Part shown: piece by piece, positions 1-8,694 of the stretch
Numbering within the stretch: the first letter of the stretch is position 1
Layout: every line of letters starts with the position of its first letter
NCBI GenBank assembly: GCA_040510135.1
Contig: JBEVJN010000065.1
Span: forward strand, 22,070-86,069
Direction of reading: 5' to 3'
Source of the DNA: Acidimicrobiia bacterium
GTDB taxonomy: Bacteria > Actinomycetota > Acidimicrobiia > Spongiisociales > ZC4RG35
Length of the DNA: 64,000 nt
Made by a program: the position numbers and the translations under genes
Notes under the pieces: generated by a model
Told to the model about the DNA's origin: nothing
The model's input: only the letters and a program-made list of their open reading frames with translations
The model's database searches: none

Positions 1-123
1 GTGGCCGGCTTTCGATCCGGGAAGGACACCGTCCAGTTTCCGCTGAACGACCCGATGCCCTACGAATTGATCGGGAGGATCGTCGGCGCCTTGATGGACA
101 AGAGACTGAGCGCCGGGCGATAA
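1..123 (+). CDS. C-terminal fragment of a DUF1801/YdhG-like domain protein (5' end outside window)
   Basis: Open frame from base 1 to TAA at 121-123. The tail GKDTVQFPLNDPMPYELIGRIVGALMDKRL resembles the conserved C-terminus of DUF1801 proteins. Confidence 0.4.
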   Translation: MAGFRSGKDTVQFPLNDPMPYELIGRIVGALMDKRLSAGR

Positions 124-144
124 AGCCCGGCGCCCACAATTCAG

Positions 145-178
145 CTTGCGTCGATCAAGGAGGGTCGATCAACGCAAG
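145..178. terminator. Hairpin between convergent genes (possible bidirectional terminator)
   Basis: CTTGCGTCGATC (145-156) pairs with GATCAACGCAAG (167-178), 12 bp with 1 mismatch and a 10-nt loop. It lies between the stop at 123 (+) and the stop at 191 (-). No clear U-tract. Confidence 0.4.
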
Positions 179-190
179 GTGACTGTCCGA

Positions 191-1021
191 TCAACTCTCG
201 TCGTTTGACCGGGCACGAACCGCCTGCGCCCCCAGCAGGGTCAAGACGCCCAATGCCAGAATGATCAAAGCCAGCTGGCCTAGCGTTTCGCCGTCGAAGC
301 CCGTGAAGGGCAACTCGTCTGCCACGATCGTCGTGCCGGCGACCTCGTCACCCATCGTCGTGCTGGTGATCACCGTCCCCTCCACCTCGTCCGGCTCGGT
401 CGTCGACGTGGTACCCGGATCGGTCGTCGACGTGGTACCCGGGTCGGTCGTCGACGTGGTCGGCTGAGTCGAGGTCGTGGTCGGCTGGGTCGTGGTCGTG
501 GTCGGCTGAGTCGTGGTCGTGGTCGTGGTGGTCGTCGGGTCAGTCGTCGTGGTCGTGCTGCTGGTGGTTGTGCTCGACGTTGTGCTCGACGTTGTGCTCG
601 AGGTGCTACTGGTCGTGGTCGTACTCGTGAAGACACAGAGCCGGATATGTGATATCGCATTCTGCAGCCCGTTGCTCACGGTATGGGTGCCATTGCCGTA
701 CGGGCCCGACTCCTGGACAAAGGTGCCGGACTTGACCGAGATGTCGACGACTGTCCCCGCAGTCAGGCCGCTGATCGTGAAGTTGACCGTGTGCGGATCC
801 CCTGGAGTGTTGGTCCACGAATTCAGAGTTATCGTGACTCCGAGGACGGTCTGCGATCCGGTAGCGCCCGCCTGAAACTCCACGCAATTATCCGGAATTT
901 TTCCGGTATCCGGAATATGAGAGGCCTCCGCCTGCGGGCCCGATGCCACCAGCACCATCGAGAACGCCGCCAACGCCACCGTGAGACCCGCGAGCGTCAA
1001 CCGCCTGCGATTCGTCAACAT
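191..1021 (-). CDS. LPXTG-anchored cell-surface protein with Thr/Ser/Pro-rich stalk
   Basis: 276-aa ORF. It has an N-terminal signal peptide (MLTNRRRLTLAGLTVALAAFSMVLVASGPQAEA), a ~100-aa globular domain and a 78-aa T/S/P stalk. The C-terminal sortase signal is LPFTG (299-313), followed by a hydrophobic helix and the charged tail RARSNDES. Confidence 0.85.
   Translation of the reverse strand: MLTNRRRLTLAGLTVALAAFSMVLVASGPQAEASHIPDTGKIPDNCVEFQAGATGSQTVLGVTITLNSWTNTPGDPHTVNFTISGLTAGTVVDISVKSGTFVQESGPYGNGTHTVSNGLQNAISHIRLCVFTSTTTTSSTSSTTSSTTSSTTTSSTTTTTDPTTTTTTTTTQPTTTTTQPTTTSTQPTTSTTDPGTTSTTDPGTTSTTEPDEVEGTVITSTTMGDEVAGTTIVADELPFTGFDGETLGQLALIILALGVLTLLGAQAVRARSNDES
395..628. repeat. In-frame tandem DNA repeats encoding the T/S/P stalk
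   Basis: 24-nt units (ggtcgtcgacgtggtacccggrtc, about 2.5 copies, encoding DPGTTSTT), 12-nt units (gtgctcgacgtt x3, encoding TTSS) and gtcgtggtc runs are visible directly in the sequence. Confidence 0.75.
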
Positions 1022-1071
1022 TTCCTGTACCCCTTGCTTTCTTGAAGGGGGTCGGTCTCACCACTGGCTCC

Positions 1072-1106
1072 GCTAAGCCCAAGGTGACCGTCTTGCGGGC
1101 TTAGCC
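1072..1106 (-). terminator. Hairpin downstream of the gad operon (weak terminator candidate)
   Basis: GCTAAGCCC (1072-1080) pairs with GGGCTTAGC (1098-1106), a 9-bp perfect stem with a 17-nt loop. It lies between the stop at 1258 and the LPXTG gene start. No U-tract. Confidence 0.3.
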
Positions 1107-1257
1107 TCCACACCCTCCCCATTTTTCCCTAGCAGCGCGGAACCGTGGCCCCGCCCTCGAAAGCATTATGGCCGGAGTCGTGGGATGAGGTCGGGACCAT
1201 TCGAAGAACGCCGTTATGGACTAGACCTTCCGATACGCCGGAACGCCCGCCGCCGGG

Positions 1258-1911
1258 CTACTCGTCGTGCACGCCACGCGGCTCGCGGGCGGGTTCGGCG
1301 GCTATCAGCACCAGGATCGCACCTGCCAGAAAGCCCAGGGCTCCAATGAAGGTTCCGGCGTTGACAATTGCCAGGTTCAGTGGCTCGCCAGTGGTGGGGA
1401 GCACCACGGCCCCGAGAGCAGACAGACCGAAGGCCACCGATCCGGCGAGGTTGACCGCCCCCTCCCACCAAACAGCTCGCCGCGCCGCCACGCTCGGCGA
1501 CATGTGGCGGGCGAGGCTGAAGGCGATCGCGCTGGAAATGAGAAAGGCGATCGAACCAAACAGATCCGGGGCCCAGATCAGACGATCCTCCTGCTGCACG
1601 GTCAGGTTCTCGATGAGGGCGGCACCAGTGCTGATGTTGAAGAACAACGTTCCTATCGACTGGATCCCCGATGCCAAGGCATCTCGCGTGAGGTTGCGGA
1701 GGGCCAGAAATCGTCGCGGTCCGGCATCGTTGATGGACAGGTAGTACTGGATGTATCCGGCCGACGTGAAGAACAACGACCCCACGAAGAAGGTGGTGGC
1801 GGCGACCGTCGCCCCGACATTGTCGAAGTAGAGCGGAAGCGAGCCCAAGGCGAAGCAGGTGGATCCAACGGCAAACAGCCATGCCATCGCCACCGTCAAC
1901 CGATTGGCCAT
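1258..1911 (-). CDS. Integral membrane protein, unknown function (about 6 TM helices)
   Basis: In-frame ATG at 1911 (MANRLTVAMAWLFAVGSTCFALG...) lies 5 nt after the gad stop. The profile is strongly hydrophobic. The ORF-track start at 2106 would overlap gad by about 190 nt. Confidence 0.6.
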   Translation of the reverse strand: MANRLTVAMAWLFAVGSTCFALGSLPLYFDNVGATVAATTFFVGSLFFTSAGYIQYYLSINDAGPRRFLALRNLTRDALASGIQSIGTLFFNISTGAALIENLTVQQEDRLIWAPDLFGSIAFLISSAIAFSLARHMSPSVAARRAVWWEGAVNLAGSVAFGLSALGAVVLPTTGEPLNLAIVNAGTFIGALGFLAGAILVLIAAEPAREPRGVHDE

Positions 1912-1915
1912 CGGC

Positions 1916-3283
1916 TCAGTTGTGGCTGAACGCAGGCTGGGTCGGCTCCTCGGTGGGATGCTCCCGCAGGAAGGCAACCGCTTCGGCGATGTCCTTGACC
2001 AGGTCGTCGGCAAGATCCCGGGTGAGGCCCTCCCGCACCACGATGCGGAGAACGGCGATGTCTGCGGCGTTGTCCGGCATCGTGTAGGCAGGGACCTGCC
2101 AGCCATTCATCCGCAGGCGAGCCGAGATGTCAAAGACTGTGAATCCTTCGTCTTCAACGAGTCTGAACGCAAGAACCGGAATCGCGCTCCCATCACTGAT
2201 CACCTCGAACGGCCCGATATCGGCCAGGCCCGCGGCGATCTCCTGTGCCGTGTTCGAGAGCACCTCCATCACCCGGGTGTACCCGTCCCTGCCCAGTCGG
2301 AGGAAGTTGTAGTACTGGCCGACGATCTGATTGCCCGGGCGGGAGAAATTGAGGGTGAAGGTGGGCATGTCGCCACCCAGGTAATTGACATGGAACACCA
2401 GGTCCTCGGGCAGATCGTCGGCCGACCTCCAGACGACGAAGCCGACGCCCGGATAGGTGAGGCCGTACTTGTGGCCCGACACGTTGATCGACTTCACCTG
2501 GGGCAATCGGAAGTCCCATTCCAGATCGGGATGCAGGAACGGGGCCACGAAGCCGCCGCTGGCGGCGTCGACGTGGACCGGCACATCCCAACCGGTTTCT
2601 TCGTTTTGGTCGACGACCGCGTCGTGGACTTCCTGTATGGGTTCGAACTCCCCGGTGAAGGTCGTCCCGAGGATCGGCACCACGCCGATCGTGGTTTCGT
2701 CGACGCGCTTCATCACCTCTTCGGGTGTGATGACGTAGCGGCCCTTCTCCATGGGCACGTACCGAGGCTCGACGTCCCAATAGCGGCAGAACTTCTCCCA
2801 CACCACTTGGACGTTGCTCCCCATGACCATGCTCGGCCGGTCGGTCGACTCGCCGGCGGCCTCTCGCCGCTGTCGCCACTTCCATTTCATAGCGAGCCCG
2901 GCGAGCATCACGGCCTCGCTGGAACCGATCGTCGACACACCCACCGCGTCTCCATCGCCCGGTGCGTTGAAGAGGTGGGCAACCATGTTCACGCACCGGC
3001 GTTCGATCTCGGCCGTCTTCGGATACTCGTCCTTGTCGATCATGTTCTTGTCGAAGGCCTCGGCCATGAGGGTCGCCGCCTCGGGCTCCATCCACGTGGT
3101 GACGAAGGTCGCCAGATTCAGACGTGAGTTGCCGTCGAGGAGCATGTCGTCGTGGATGTATCGATAAGCGACCTCGGGCCTGGTGCCGTGCTCCGGAATC
3201 ACGAGATGAGAAACCGGCTCCACATCGAGAGCCCTGGTGTAGGGGGCCGAGACCGCGCTTTCGTCGTCTTGAATGTTGTGCAA
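1916..3283 (-). CDS. gadB: Glutamate decarboxylase (PLP-dependent)
   Basis: Carries GAD family motifs (NSRLNLATFVTTWMEPEA and the INVSGHKYGL PLP-lysine motif). The ORF-track start at 3541 runs through tRNA-Asp, so the start is moved to in-frame TTG 3283, which is preceded by GAGGGA. Confidence 0.9.
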   Translation of the reverse strand: MHNIQDDESAVSAPYTRALDVEPVSHLVIPEHGTRPEVAYRYIHDDMLLDGNSRLNLATFVTTWMEPEAATLMAEAFDKNMIDKDEYPKTAEIERRCVNMVAHLFNAPGDGDAVGVSTIGSSEAVMLAGLAMKWKWRQRREAAGESTDRPSMVMGSNVQVVWEKFCRYWDVEPRYVPMEKGRYVITPEEVMKRVDETTIGVVPILGTTFTGEFEPIQEVHDAVVDQNEETGWDVPVHVDAASGGFVAPFLHPDLEWDFRLPQVKSINVSGHKYGLTYPGVGFVVWRSADDLPEDLVFHVNYLGGDMPTFTLNFSRPGNQIVGQYYNFLRLGRDGYTRVMEVLSNTAQEIAAGLADIGPFEVISDGSAIPVLAFRLVEDEGFTVFDISARLRMNGWQVPAYTMPDNAADIAVLRIVVREGLTRDLADDLVKDIAEAVAFLREHPTEEPTQPAFSHN

Positions 3284-3462
3284 GATGTATCCCTCTGCCG
3301 AGCTTTGAGCGGACTCTGATCCGACCCGTGAGCGATAACTCGGGGCGTGAATCGTCCGCTCGCCGACTCTACGCGAGGAACCCGCACCTGATGTTGAGCA
3401 GGCACCGGTGAGTTCTATACTTCCCGGGTCGCCCCGAACCTCGTCGGAATCAGCGACGTCCC

Positions 3463-3540
3463 GGGGGCGTAGAACAGCCTGGAGTGTTCGCCGGCCTGTC
3501 AAGCCGGAGGTCGCGGGTTCAAATCCCGTCGCTCCCGCCA
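3463..3540 (+). tRNA. tRNA-Asp (anticodon GTC), CCA encoded
   Basis: Folded by hand into a cloverleaf. The acceptor stem is GGGGGCG/CGCTCCC and the D stem is GAAC/GTTC. The anticodon stem is CCGGC/GCCGG with loop CTGTCAA. The T arm is GCGGG-TTCAAAT-CCCGT, followed by discriminator G and CCA. Confidence 0.9.
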
Positions 3541-3567
3541 ACCGAATCCATTTAGGGTTTGGCTGGA

Positions 3568-3640
3568 GGTCAGGTAGCTCAGTCGGTAGAGCGCCGGTCT
3601 GAAAAACCGGAGGTCGACGGATCGACGCCGTCCCTGACCA
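3568..3640 (+). tRNA. tRNA-Phe (anticodon GAA), CCA not encoded
   Basis: The acceptor stem is GGTCAGG/CCTGACC and the D arm is GCTC-AGTCGGTA-GAGC. The anticodon stem is CCGGT/ACCGG with loop CTGAAAA. The T arm is GACGG-ATCGACG-CCGTC, which puts an unusual A at position 54. The discriminator is A. Confidence 0.85.
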
Positions 3641-3797
3641 CTATTCATCCTGCTGCATGATCGCCCGAATCGCCCTGTGGCAGTTGGGGTTTTCTGCGTC
3701 GTGCCGGACGCTTGTCGACTTCGCAGCTTTCGCGAGCGGCCACCACCCAGTCTGGTGAGTCTCTGATCCGACGCCGGGATGCGTCGCAAGCGGTTCC

Positions 3798-4625
3798 CTA
3801 GCCGGGCGTCCCGTCGTGCTTCTCCTTGGCGAGCTGCTGTTGTTGCCATTCGTACACGCCGGGCAGCCAATCCTTGCCGAACGTGGCCGATGGGCCGATG
3901 CGCGGGTCATGGGGAGCATTGCCGTCGCGCAAGGCATGCACGTACGCTCGATCCTGTTTGATCCGTGCGCGTACCTGATCAGCCCCGCCGACGGACCCGT
4001 GACCGGGGATGAGAACATCAACGTCGTCCGCAACGCCCTCGAGCAGCCGCAGCCCGACGAGGTAGTCCTCAATCGGATTCGCGGCGTCCAGGTCGGGGAA
4101 CGGAATCAGGATGTCAGAAAGCATGTCACCGGCGACGAGAACGCCGCTCTCCTCGATCAACAGCGCCGCATGGCCCTGGGCATGCGCCGGATGCTCGATA
4201 ATCCGGACTTCAGGGCCATCCCAAGGAATCTGTGCAGTTTCGACAGGCAGACCGGTAATGAGGCCGAACAGGTCCAGTGGTATCTCCTCGGCGATTTCCG
4301 GCGGCAACATCTCGGCGACGCGGGCCTTCCAGTCCGCGTTCGACAGCAGGTCTCGCATCCAAGCCGCGCAGCGGGCGGTACCGTAACGGGGCGCTTCGCC
4401 AAGTTCGGCGTGCCAGAGCACGTGATCCCAATCAGGATGCGTCGAGAAGCCTGCCGAAACGGGCTGGCCCAACTCGCGAAGGTCGTTCGCTAGGCAGGCC
4501 ATTTCATCACCCTGGATTCCGGGGTCGATGAGCAACACACCGGCCCGGCCTTGCACGACAACGGCGTTGTTCTGGAGTAACTCGCTCTGGTGGATTAGCA
4601 CACCATCCGCGACCTGCTTCAGCAT
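3798..4625 (-). CDS. MBL-fold metallo-hydrolase
   Basis: 275-aa ORF with beta-lactamase-fold metal motifs (STHPDWDHV, HPAHAQGH, IPGHGS). Confidence 0.8.
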   Translation of the reverse strand: MLKQVADGVLIHQSELLQNNAVVVQGRAGVLLIDPGIQGDEMACLANDLRELGQPVSAGFSTHPDWDHVLWHAELGEAPRYGTARCAAWMRDLLSNADWKARVAEMLPPEIAEEIPLDLFGLITGLPVETAQIPWDGPEVRIIEHPAHAQGHAALLIEESGVLVAGDMLSDILIPFPDLDAANPIEDYLVGLRLLEGVADDVDVLIPGHGSVGGADQVRARIKQDRAYVHALRDGNAPHDPRIGPSATFGKDWLPGVYEWQQQQLAKEKHDGTPG

Positions 4626-4754
4626 GGGACTCCTTTCCTCCGGTCGAGTACAGGTTGGCTGGGTTCTGGTGGTGGGCGTCGAGCCCCTGGCGGTCGCGAG
4701 GTGGGTAGATCACAATCAGCGAACCTCCAAACGTGTGTGCCACTGGTGTTGTGC

Positions 4755-5627
4755 TCATGCGAGAGCCAGCGCTGCAACTGCAACGGTGCAAACTCCGATT
4801 CCCGCTCGTTGTCCGGTGCCGATCCGCTCTCCGAGCAAGCTGGCTGCAAGGAGTACGGTGATTGCGGGGTAGAGGGAGGCGAGCACCCCGGCGATGCCAA
4901 GGCTGGTCATTCCGGTGGCGACCATGAATGCGACGGTGCCCAAGGCACCGAGCACACCGGACGCGGTCCCCCAGGCGACCACGCCTCGGCGGGGACGCCA
5001 CGGCTGTTTCAGGCCCGCAGCAACCGCCAAGGTCAGGATCGCTCCCACCAGTTGGTTGGCCGCAAGCGGCAACAGACCCGCGCTATCCGAGATTTGGGCG
5101 AGTGCAACGAAAAGGATCCCGAAGCCCGCGCCCGCGAGGACGCCGTCGACGAGTGCTCCCCGCGTCGCCGCGGCCTGGTCGACGCCTACCCCTGGGCGAT
5201 CCGACGCGGGGTCGCGGGAGACCAACCAGATCCCCGAGAGCGCGGCGACCATACCGATCCAGATCAGCCAACTGGGGCCCTCACCGAGGGCTGCACCTAC
5301 CAACACCGGCAGGACCGCGGCCCCTACCGCCGAGATCGGTGCGACAAGGCCCATCTCTCCGCGGGCGAGCCCCCGGAACAAGAAGACGCTCCCGGTCGCC
5401 GAGCCGCCTCCGGCCAGGAGCGCCCATGCGAAGTCCGGCGTGGCCGGGCTACCTGGAAGCAGAAGGCCTGCTGCGAGCATGACGAGCGCTCCCGCGGCCT
5501 GGCCAACCAGAACGACCTGCCACGACGAATGCCGACGCGAGCCGGCACCGCCGATGAAGTCGGCGGTGCCGTAGGCGAGAGCCGAAGAGAATGCCAGGAG
5601 GATTCCGGGGTTCATCACGCCGAACAT
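4755..5627 (-). CDS. EamA/DMT-family transporter
   Basis: Highly hydrophobic protein with about 10 TM helices and two EamA-like halves (MFGVMNPGILLAFSSALAYGTADFIGG...). The start is taken at ATG 5627 (alternative 5615). The Arg/Pro-rich ORF-track N-terminal extension overlaps the divergent MocR gene. Confidence 0.8.
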   Translation of the reverse strand: MFGVMNPGILLAFSSALAYGTADFIGGAGSRRHSSWQVVLVGQAAGALVMLAAGLLLPGSPATPDFAWALLAGGGSATGSVFLFRGLARGEMGLVAPISAVGAAVLPVLVGAALGEGPSWLIWIGMVAALSGIWLVSRDPASDRPGVGVDQAAATRGALVDGVLAGAGFGILFVALAQISDSAGLLPLAANQLVGAILTLAVAAGLKQPWRPRRGVVAWGTASGVLGALGTVAFMVATGMTSLGIAGVLASLYPAITVLLAASLLGERIGTGQRAGIGVCTVAVAALALA

Positions 5628-5701
5628 ACGACTGCTTCGGTCCAGCTTGAAGGTCCACTTCGGAGATCTCTGAGTGGTCCATTTTTCGGTACTCTGAAGA
5701 C

Positions 5702-7204
5702 ATGACGGTGGAATGGGCGCTAGGTGGCCCCGACATTCTGCTGACGCTCGACCGCAGCGCCGGTCCGATGAGAATTCAGATCCAAGATCAGTTGCGGGCG
5801 GCGATTCGGGAGAAACGAGTCGGCGCCGGAGAGCGCTTGCCGTCGACTCGACGTCTGGCCGAGCTCCTCGGCGTCTCTCGCGGCACGGTCGTCGACGTGT
5901 ACGAGCAGTTGCTGGCCGAGGGCTACGTCGAGTCGGAGGTCGGCTCCGGGACGCGTGTTGCCGCGATGCCCGCCGGATGGCCAGTCGCTCAACCGTCTGG
6001 AGTCGTCGCGACCCGGGCTTCACCCTTGTCGCTCAAACCGGTCGAGGTCGACTTCGAGTACGGCATCCCCGATCTCGGCTCGGTGCCGTTGACCGCCTGG
6101 AGTTGGGCGTTGTCGGAGGCGACGAGGACCCTGCCGACTGCCGAGTTGGGCGACGAGGAGCGGGCTGGTTCGAGGCACCTCCGAGAGGTTGTCACTGCTT
6201 ACCACCGTCGCGTTCGTTCGGGCTGCGCCGTCGCCGAGGACGCCGTCATCGTGTCCGGATTCCGCCAGGGGCTGGGTTTCGTTCTCTCGACATTGGCACA
6301 GGGCGGCATCCAGCAGATCGCGCTCGAAGATCCCGGGCCCCGCGAGCACGACGTCATCGCCCGCCGTGCGGGTCTGGACGCTGTGCCAGTTCCCGTCGAC
6401 GACCACGGACTGGACGTGGACCGCCTCCGCGCGACCGGGACCCGAGCGGTGCTGTTGACACCGGCCCACCAATGCCCCACCGGTGTCGCGCTCAGCCCGT
6501 CGCGGCGACGCGACCTGGTGGCCTGGGCGGACGAGGTCGACGGGGTGATCCTCGAGGACGACTACGACGCCGAGTTCCGATACGACCGTCAGCCGGTCGG
6601 CTCACTACAGGGCCTCAACTCGACCCGTGTGATCGCTTTGGGATCGGTCAGCAAGACGCTCGCTCCCGCGATCCGGCTCGGCTGGGTGCTCGCGCCCGCA
6701 CGGTTCATGGCTGGAATCGTCGAGGAGAAGAGACTCAGCAGTCGAGGCGCGCCTGGCCTGGACCAGGAGGCGCTCGCGCTGCTCATGGAGACGGGCCGTT
6801 TCGACCGCCACTTGCGACGCGTGCGAGAGGTCTACCGCGCCCGCCGGGACGTCCTCGCAGCCGAGGTCGAACACGCCTTCGGGCCGGGTCGATTGCAGGG
6901 GCTGGCGGCCGGCTGTCATGCCCTGCTGCGTCTTCCAAAGGGGACATCCGAGCGTGCCGTCGAGGCGACTGCGGCGAGCATGGGCGTACGTGTGAACGGG
7001 CTGGGCCATTATCGGTTGGTCGCCTCCGACTCGGAAGTCGAACCGGAGCCACGCCCGCCCGCCCTCGTGCTCGGCTTCGGGAACGTAAGCGAAGCCCAAA
7101 TCAGCAAAGGCGTCCGCAAACTCGCGGAAGCTGTTCGACACCAAACCGAGAACCAGATCGTTCGAGCCAATTCGGAGCCAGAGCTCTACCCCGTACCTGA
7201 TTAG
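5702..7204 (+). CDS. MocR/PdxR-type regulator (GntR wHTH fused to an aminotransferase-fold domain)
   Basis: The N-terminal GntR HTH is LPSTRRLAELLGVSRGTVVDVYEQLLAEGY. The C-terminal fold-type I aminotransferase domain carries SVSKTLAPAIRLGW. Divergent to an EamA exporter, which is a typical pairing. Confidence 0.85.
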   Translation: MTVEWALGGPDILLTLDRSAGPMRIQIQDQLRAAIREKRVGAGERLPSTRRLAELLGVSRGTVVDVYEQLLAEGYVESEVGSGTRVAAMPAGWPVAQPSGVVATRASPLSLKPVEVDFEYGIPDLGSVPLTAWSWALSEATRTLPTAELGDEERAGSRHLREVVTAYHRRVRSGCAVAEDAVIVSGFRQGLGFVLSTLAQGGIQQIALEDPGPREHDVIARRAGLDAVPVPVDDHGLDVDRLRATGTRAVLLTPAHQCPTGVALSPSRRRDLVAWADEVDGVILEDDYDAEFRYDRQPVGSLQGLNSTRVIALGSVSKTLAPAIRLGWVLAPARFMAGIVEEKRLSSRGAPGLDQEALALLMETGRFDRHLRRVREVYRARRDVLAAEVEHAFGPGRLQGLAAGCHALLRLPKGTSERAVEATAASMGVRVNGLGHYRLVASDSEVEPEPRPPALVLGFGNVSEAQISKGVRKLAEAVRHQTENQIVRANSEPELYPVPD

Positions 7205-7260
7205 CAGGAGGCAATCGGGGTCCAAAAATTGGACGTATCGGCGCGGGATCTTGGATTTGT

Positions 7261-7288
7261 TTGACGTGGAAGCACCAGGACATAGCCT
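7261..7288 (+). promoter_or_regulatory. Candidate sigma-70-type promoter for the lysyl-oxidase gene
   Basis: TTGACG (7261-7266), 16 nt, then TAGCCT (7283-7288), which fits TANNNT. It lies about 40 nt upstream of ATG 7330, which is preceded by GGGGGAG. Confidence 0.35.
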
Positions 7289-7329
7289 GTGGCATCAGGT
7301 AGGGAACGCGACAGAGTCGGGGGAGATGC

Positions 7330-8115
7330 ATGAAGCCAGCACGCCGGCTCCGTCGGCCGATCGAGGTTGGTTTGGCCTTCCTGGTCCTCGTTTTGGCAGC
7401 TTGTGGGGGCTTTCCAGAGATCACCGAGCCCGTCGGCACCCCGCTGCTCCCAGACTTGGTTGCGGAGCCTCCGGTCGATCTTCGAGTCACCAGACTCGAC
7501 GACGGAACTCTCGAAGCTCGATTCAGCTCCACGTTGGTCAACGTAGGTGACGGAGACTTCGCCCTACGGGCGAGTCGCGAAACGGGCGACTGGGCTGTCA
7601 TTCAGGAAATCTGGTACTCCGAGAGCGGGGCGGAACTCCGCGCGTCGAGCGCAGAGCTGGCCTTTGCCGGGGACGGACATGAGCACTGGCATGTGCGACG
7701 CGTGGCCGGATACAGCCTCGTTCCATTGGATAGCTCGGGAAGTCCGGTGGAGAACGCGCCGGAGCGCACCGATGCCAAGATCGGCTTCTGTTTCTACGAC
7801 CACACTCACTCGATGGGCTTTGGCGACGAAGACCCCCGATTCGACGTACACGAGTGCGGAGAGGAGAACGCCACCGAGATTCGGATGGGTTTGTCCCCGG
7901 GGTGGGCCGATGTCTATGGGTTCAATCTGCCGGGCCAATCCATCGATATCACCGACCTCCCGGACGGGGCCTACCGAATCTGGGCGGAGGCAGATGCCGA
8001 AGGGTGGTTCGAAGAGTCGAACAAGGAGAACAACACAACCTGGATCGACTTCGAACTCACTACCGACGGGGAGAACCGTTTCGCCATGGTCACCGAAGTG
8101 GGGCCCGAACCCTGA
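7330..8115 (+). CDS. Lysyl-oxidase (LOX) family copper amine oxidase homolog, lipoprotein
   Basis: Lipobox LVLAAC|GG. The His cluster GHEHWH, KIGFCFYDHTH and GWADVYGFNLPGQSIDITDLPDG align with the metazoan LOX copper site and the LTQ Lys/Tyr segments (KASFCLEDT / DTYGADIDCQWIDITDV). Confidence 0.8.
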   Translation: MKPARRLRRPIEVGLAFLVLVLAACGGFPEITEPVGTPLLPDLVAEPPVDLRVTRLDDGTLEARFSSTLVNVGDGDFALRASRETGDWAVIQEIWYSESGAELRASSAELAFAGDGHEHWHVRRVAGYSLVPLDSSGSPVENAPERTDAKIGFCFYDHTHSMGFGDEDPRFDVHECGEENATEIRMGLSPGWADVYGFNLPGQSIDITDLPDGAYRIWAEADAEGWFEESNKENNTTWIDFELTTDGENRFAMVTEVGPEP

Positions 8116-8234
8116 TTCGACCTTGCGGAGCCCCTCGACCGCGGAGATTTCTTGACCACTCTCCGCGTTCTTGGTGTAGAGTTTTCCCCAAGCCCACTGA
8201 CCGTGGGGAGGAATAGAGGAAGGGTTGGGGAACC

Positions 8235-8591
8235 ATGAAGAGACGCCTTATCGCGCTCTCGCTCGCGCTGGGACTGTCGGTCGCTCTGATGATCCCGGCA
8301 GGTGCTGCGGACCTACATGAGCCGCACACGAACCTGACGTTTGACTGTGAAGGAACAGTCATCCTTCATTTCGTGAACAACCAGACGGGAGGAGCGGCAG
8401 CAGCCAACATCACGGTCTGGCTCAACGGCGGAGCGACGACCATCGTGGATGGCCCGACAAAGGTCCTCAAGAACGTCCAGCAGTACTACATCCCCATCGA
8501 CGGGGGTGACACTCTCACGGACGCGTCTACTCCGCTTGCCGGCATGCTCGTGCTCTCAGATTGGGAGTGCGCGCACGACAAGAAGAAGTAG
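8235..8591 (+). CDS. Small secreted protein, unknown function, C-terminal HDKKK tail
   Basis: 118 aa with a signal peptide (MKRRLIALSLALGLSVALMIPAGA|AD), two Cys and a Lys-rich C-terminus. A strong hairpin follows the gene. Confidence 0.65.
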   Translation: MKRRLIALSLALGLSVALMIPAGAADLHEPHTNLTFDCEGTVILHFVNNQTGGAAAANITVWLNGGATTIVDGPTKVLKNVQQYYIPIDGGDTLTDASTPLAGMLVLSDWECAHDKKK

Positions 8592-8623
8592 CAGCGGCTT
8601 GGGGCACCAACGCCCATGACAAC

Positions 8624-8655
8624 AAGTGGGCCCCCGGAGTTCCGGGGGCCCACTT
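8624..8655. terminator. Bidirectional intrinsic-terminator-like hairpin
   Basis: AAGTGGGCCCCCGG (8624-8637), loop AGTT, then CCGGGGGCCCACTT (8642-8655), a 14-bp perfect stem. It lies between convergent genes ending at 8591 (+) and 8695 (-). Confidence 0.75.
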
Positions 8656-8694
8656 CGTTGGTTGTCGTGAGGCGTGGCCGAGATCCGATCCTGG

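Noticed and set aside
3284-3541. N-terminal extension of the glutamate decarboxylase ORF (track start 3541), and ORF 3499-3870 (-).
   Set aside because: They run through tRNA-Asp and tRNA-Phe. The peptide MAGATGFEPATSG is simply the translated tRNA T-arm. GAD homology begins near TTG 3283.
8152-8182. Promoter for the small secreted protein gene (TTGACC ... TAGAGT).
   Set aside because: The spacer is 19 nt, outside the usual 16-18 nt range. The gene may instead be co-transcribed with the lysyl-oxidase gene.
3641-8200. Possible genomic island integrated next to the tRNA-Asp/tRNA-Phe pair (accessory-looking genes follow).
   Set aside because: No integrase or recombinase gene and no direct repeat of the tRNA 3' end that I could find by eye. 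Composition looks the same as the rest of the window. A whole-genome comparison is needed.
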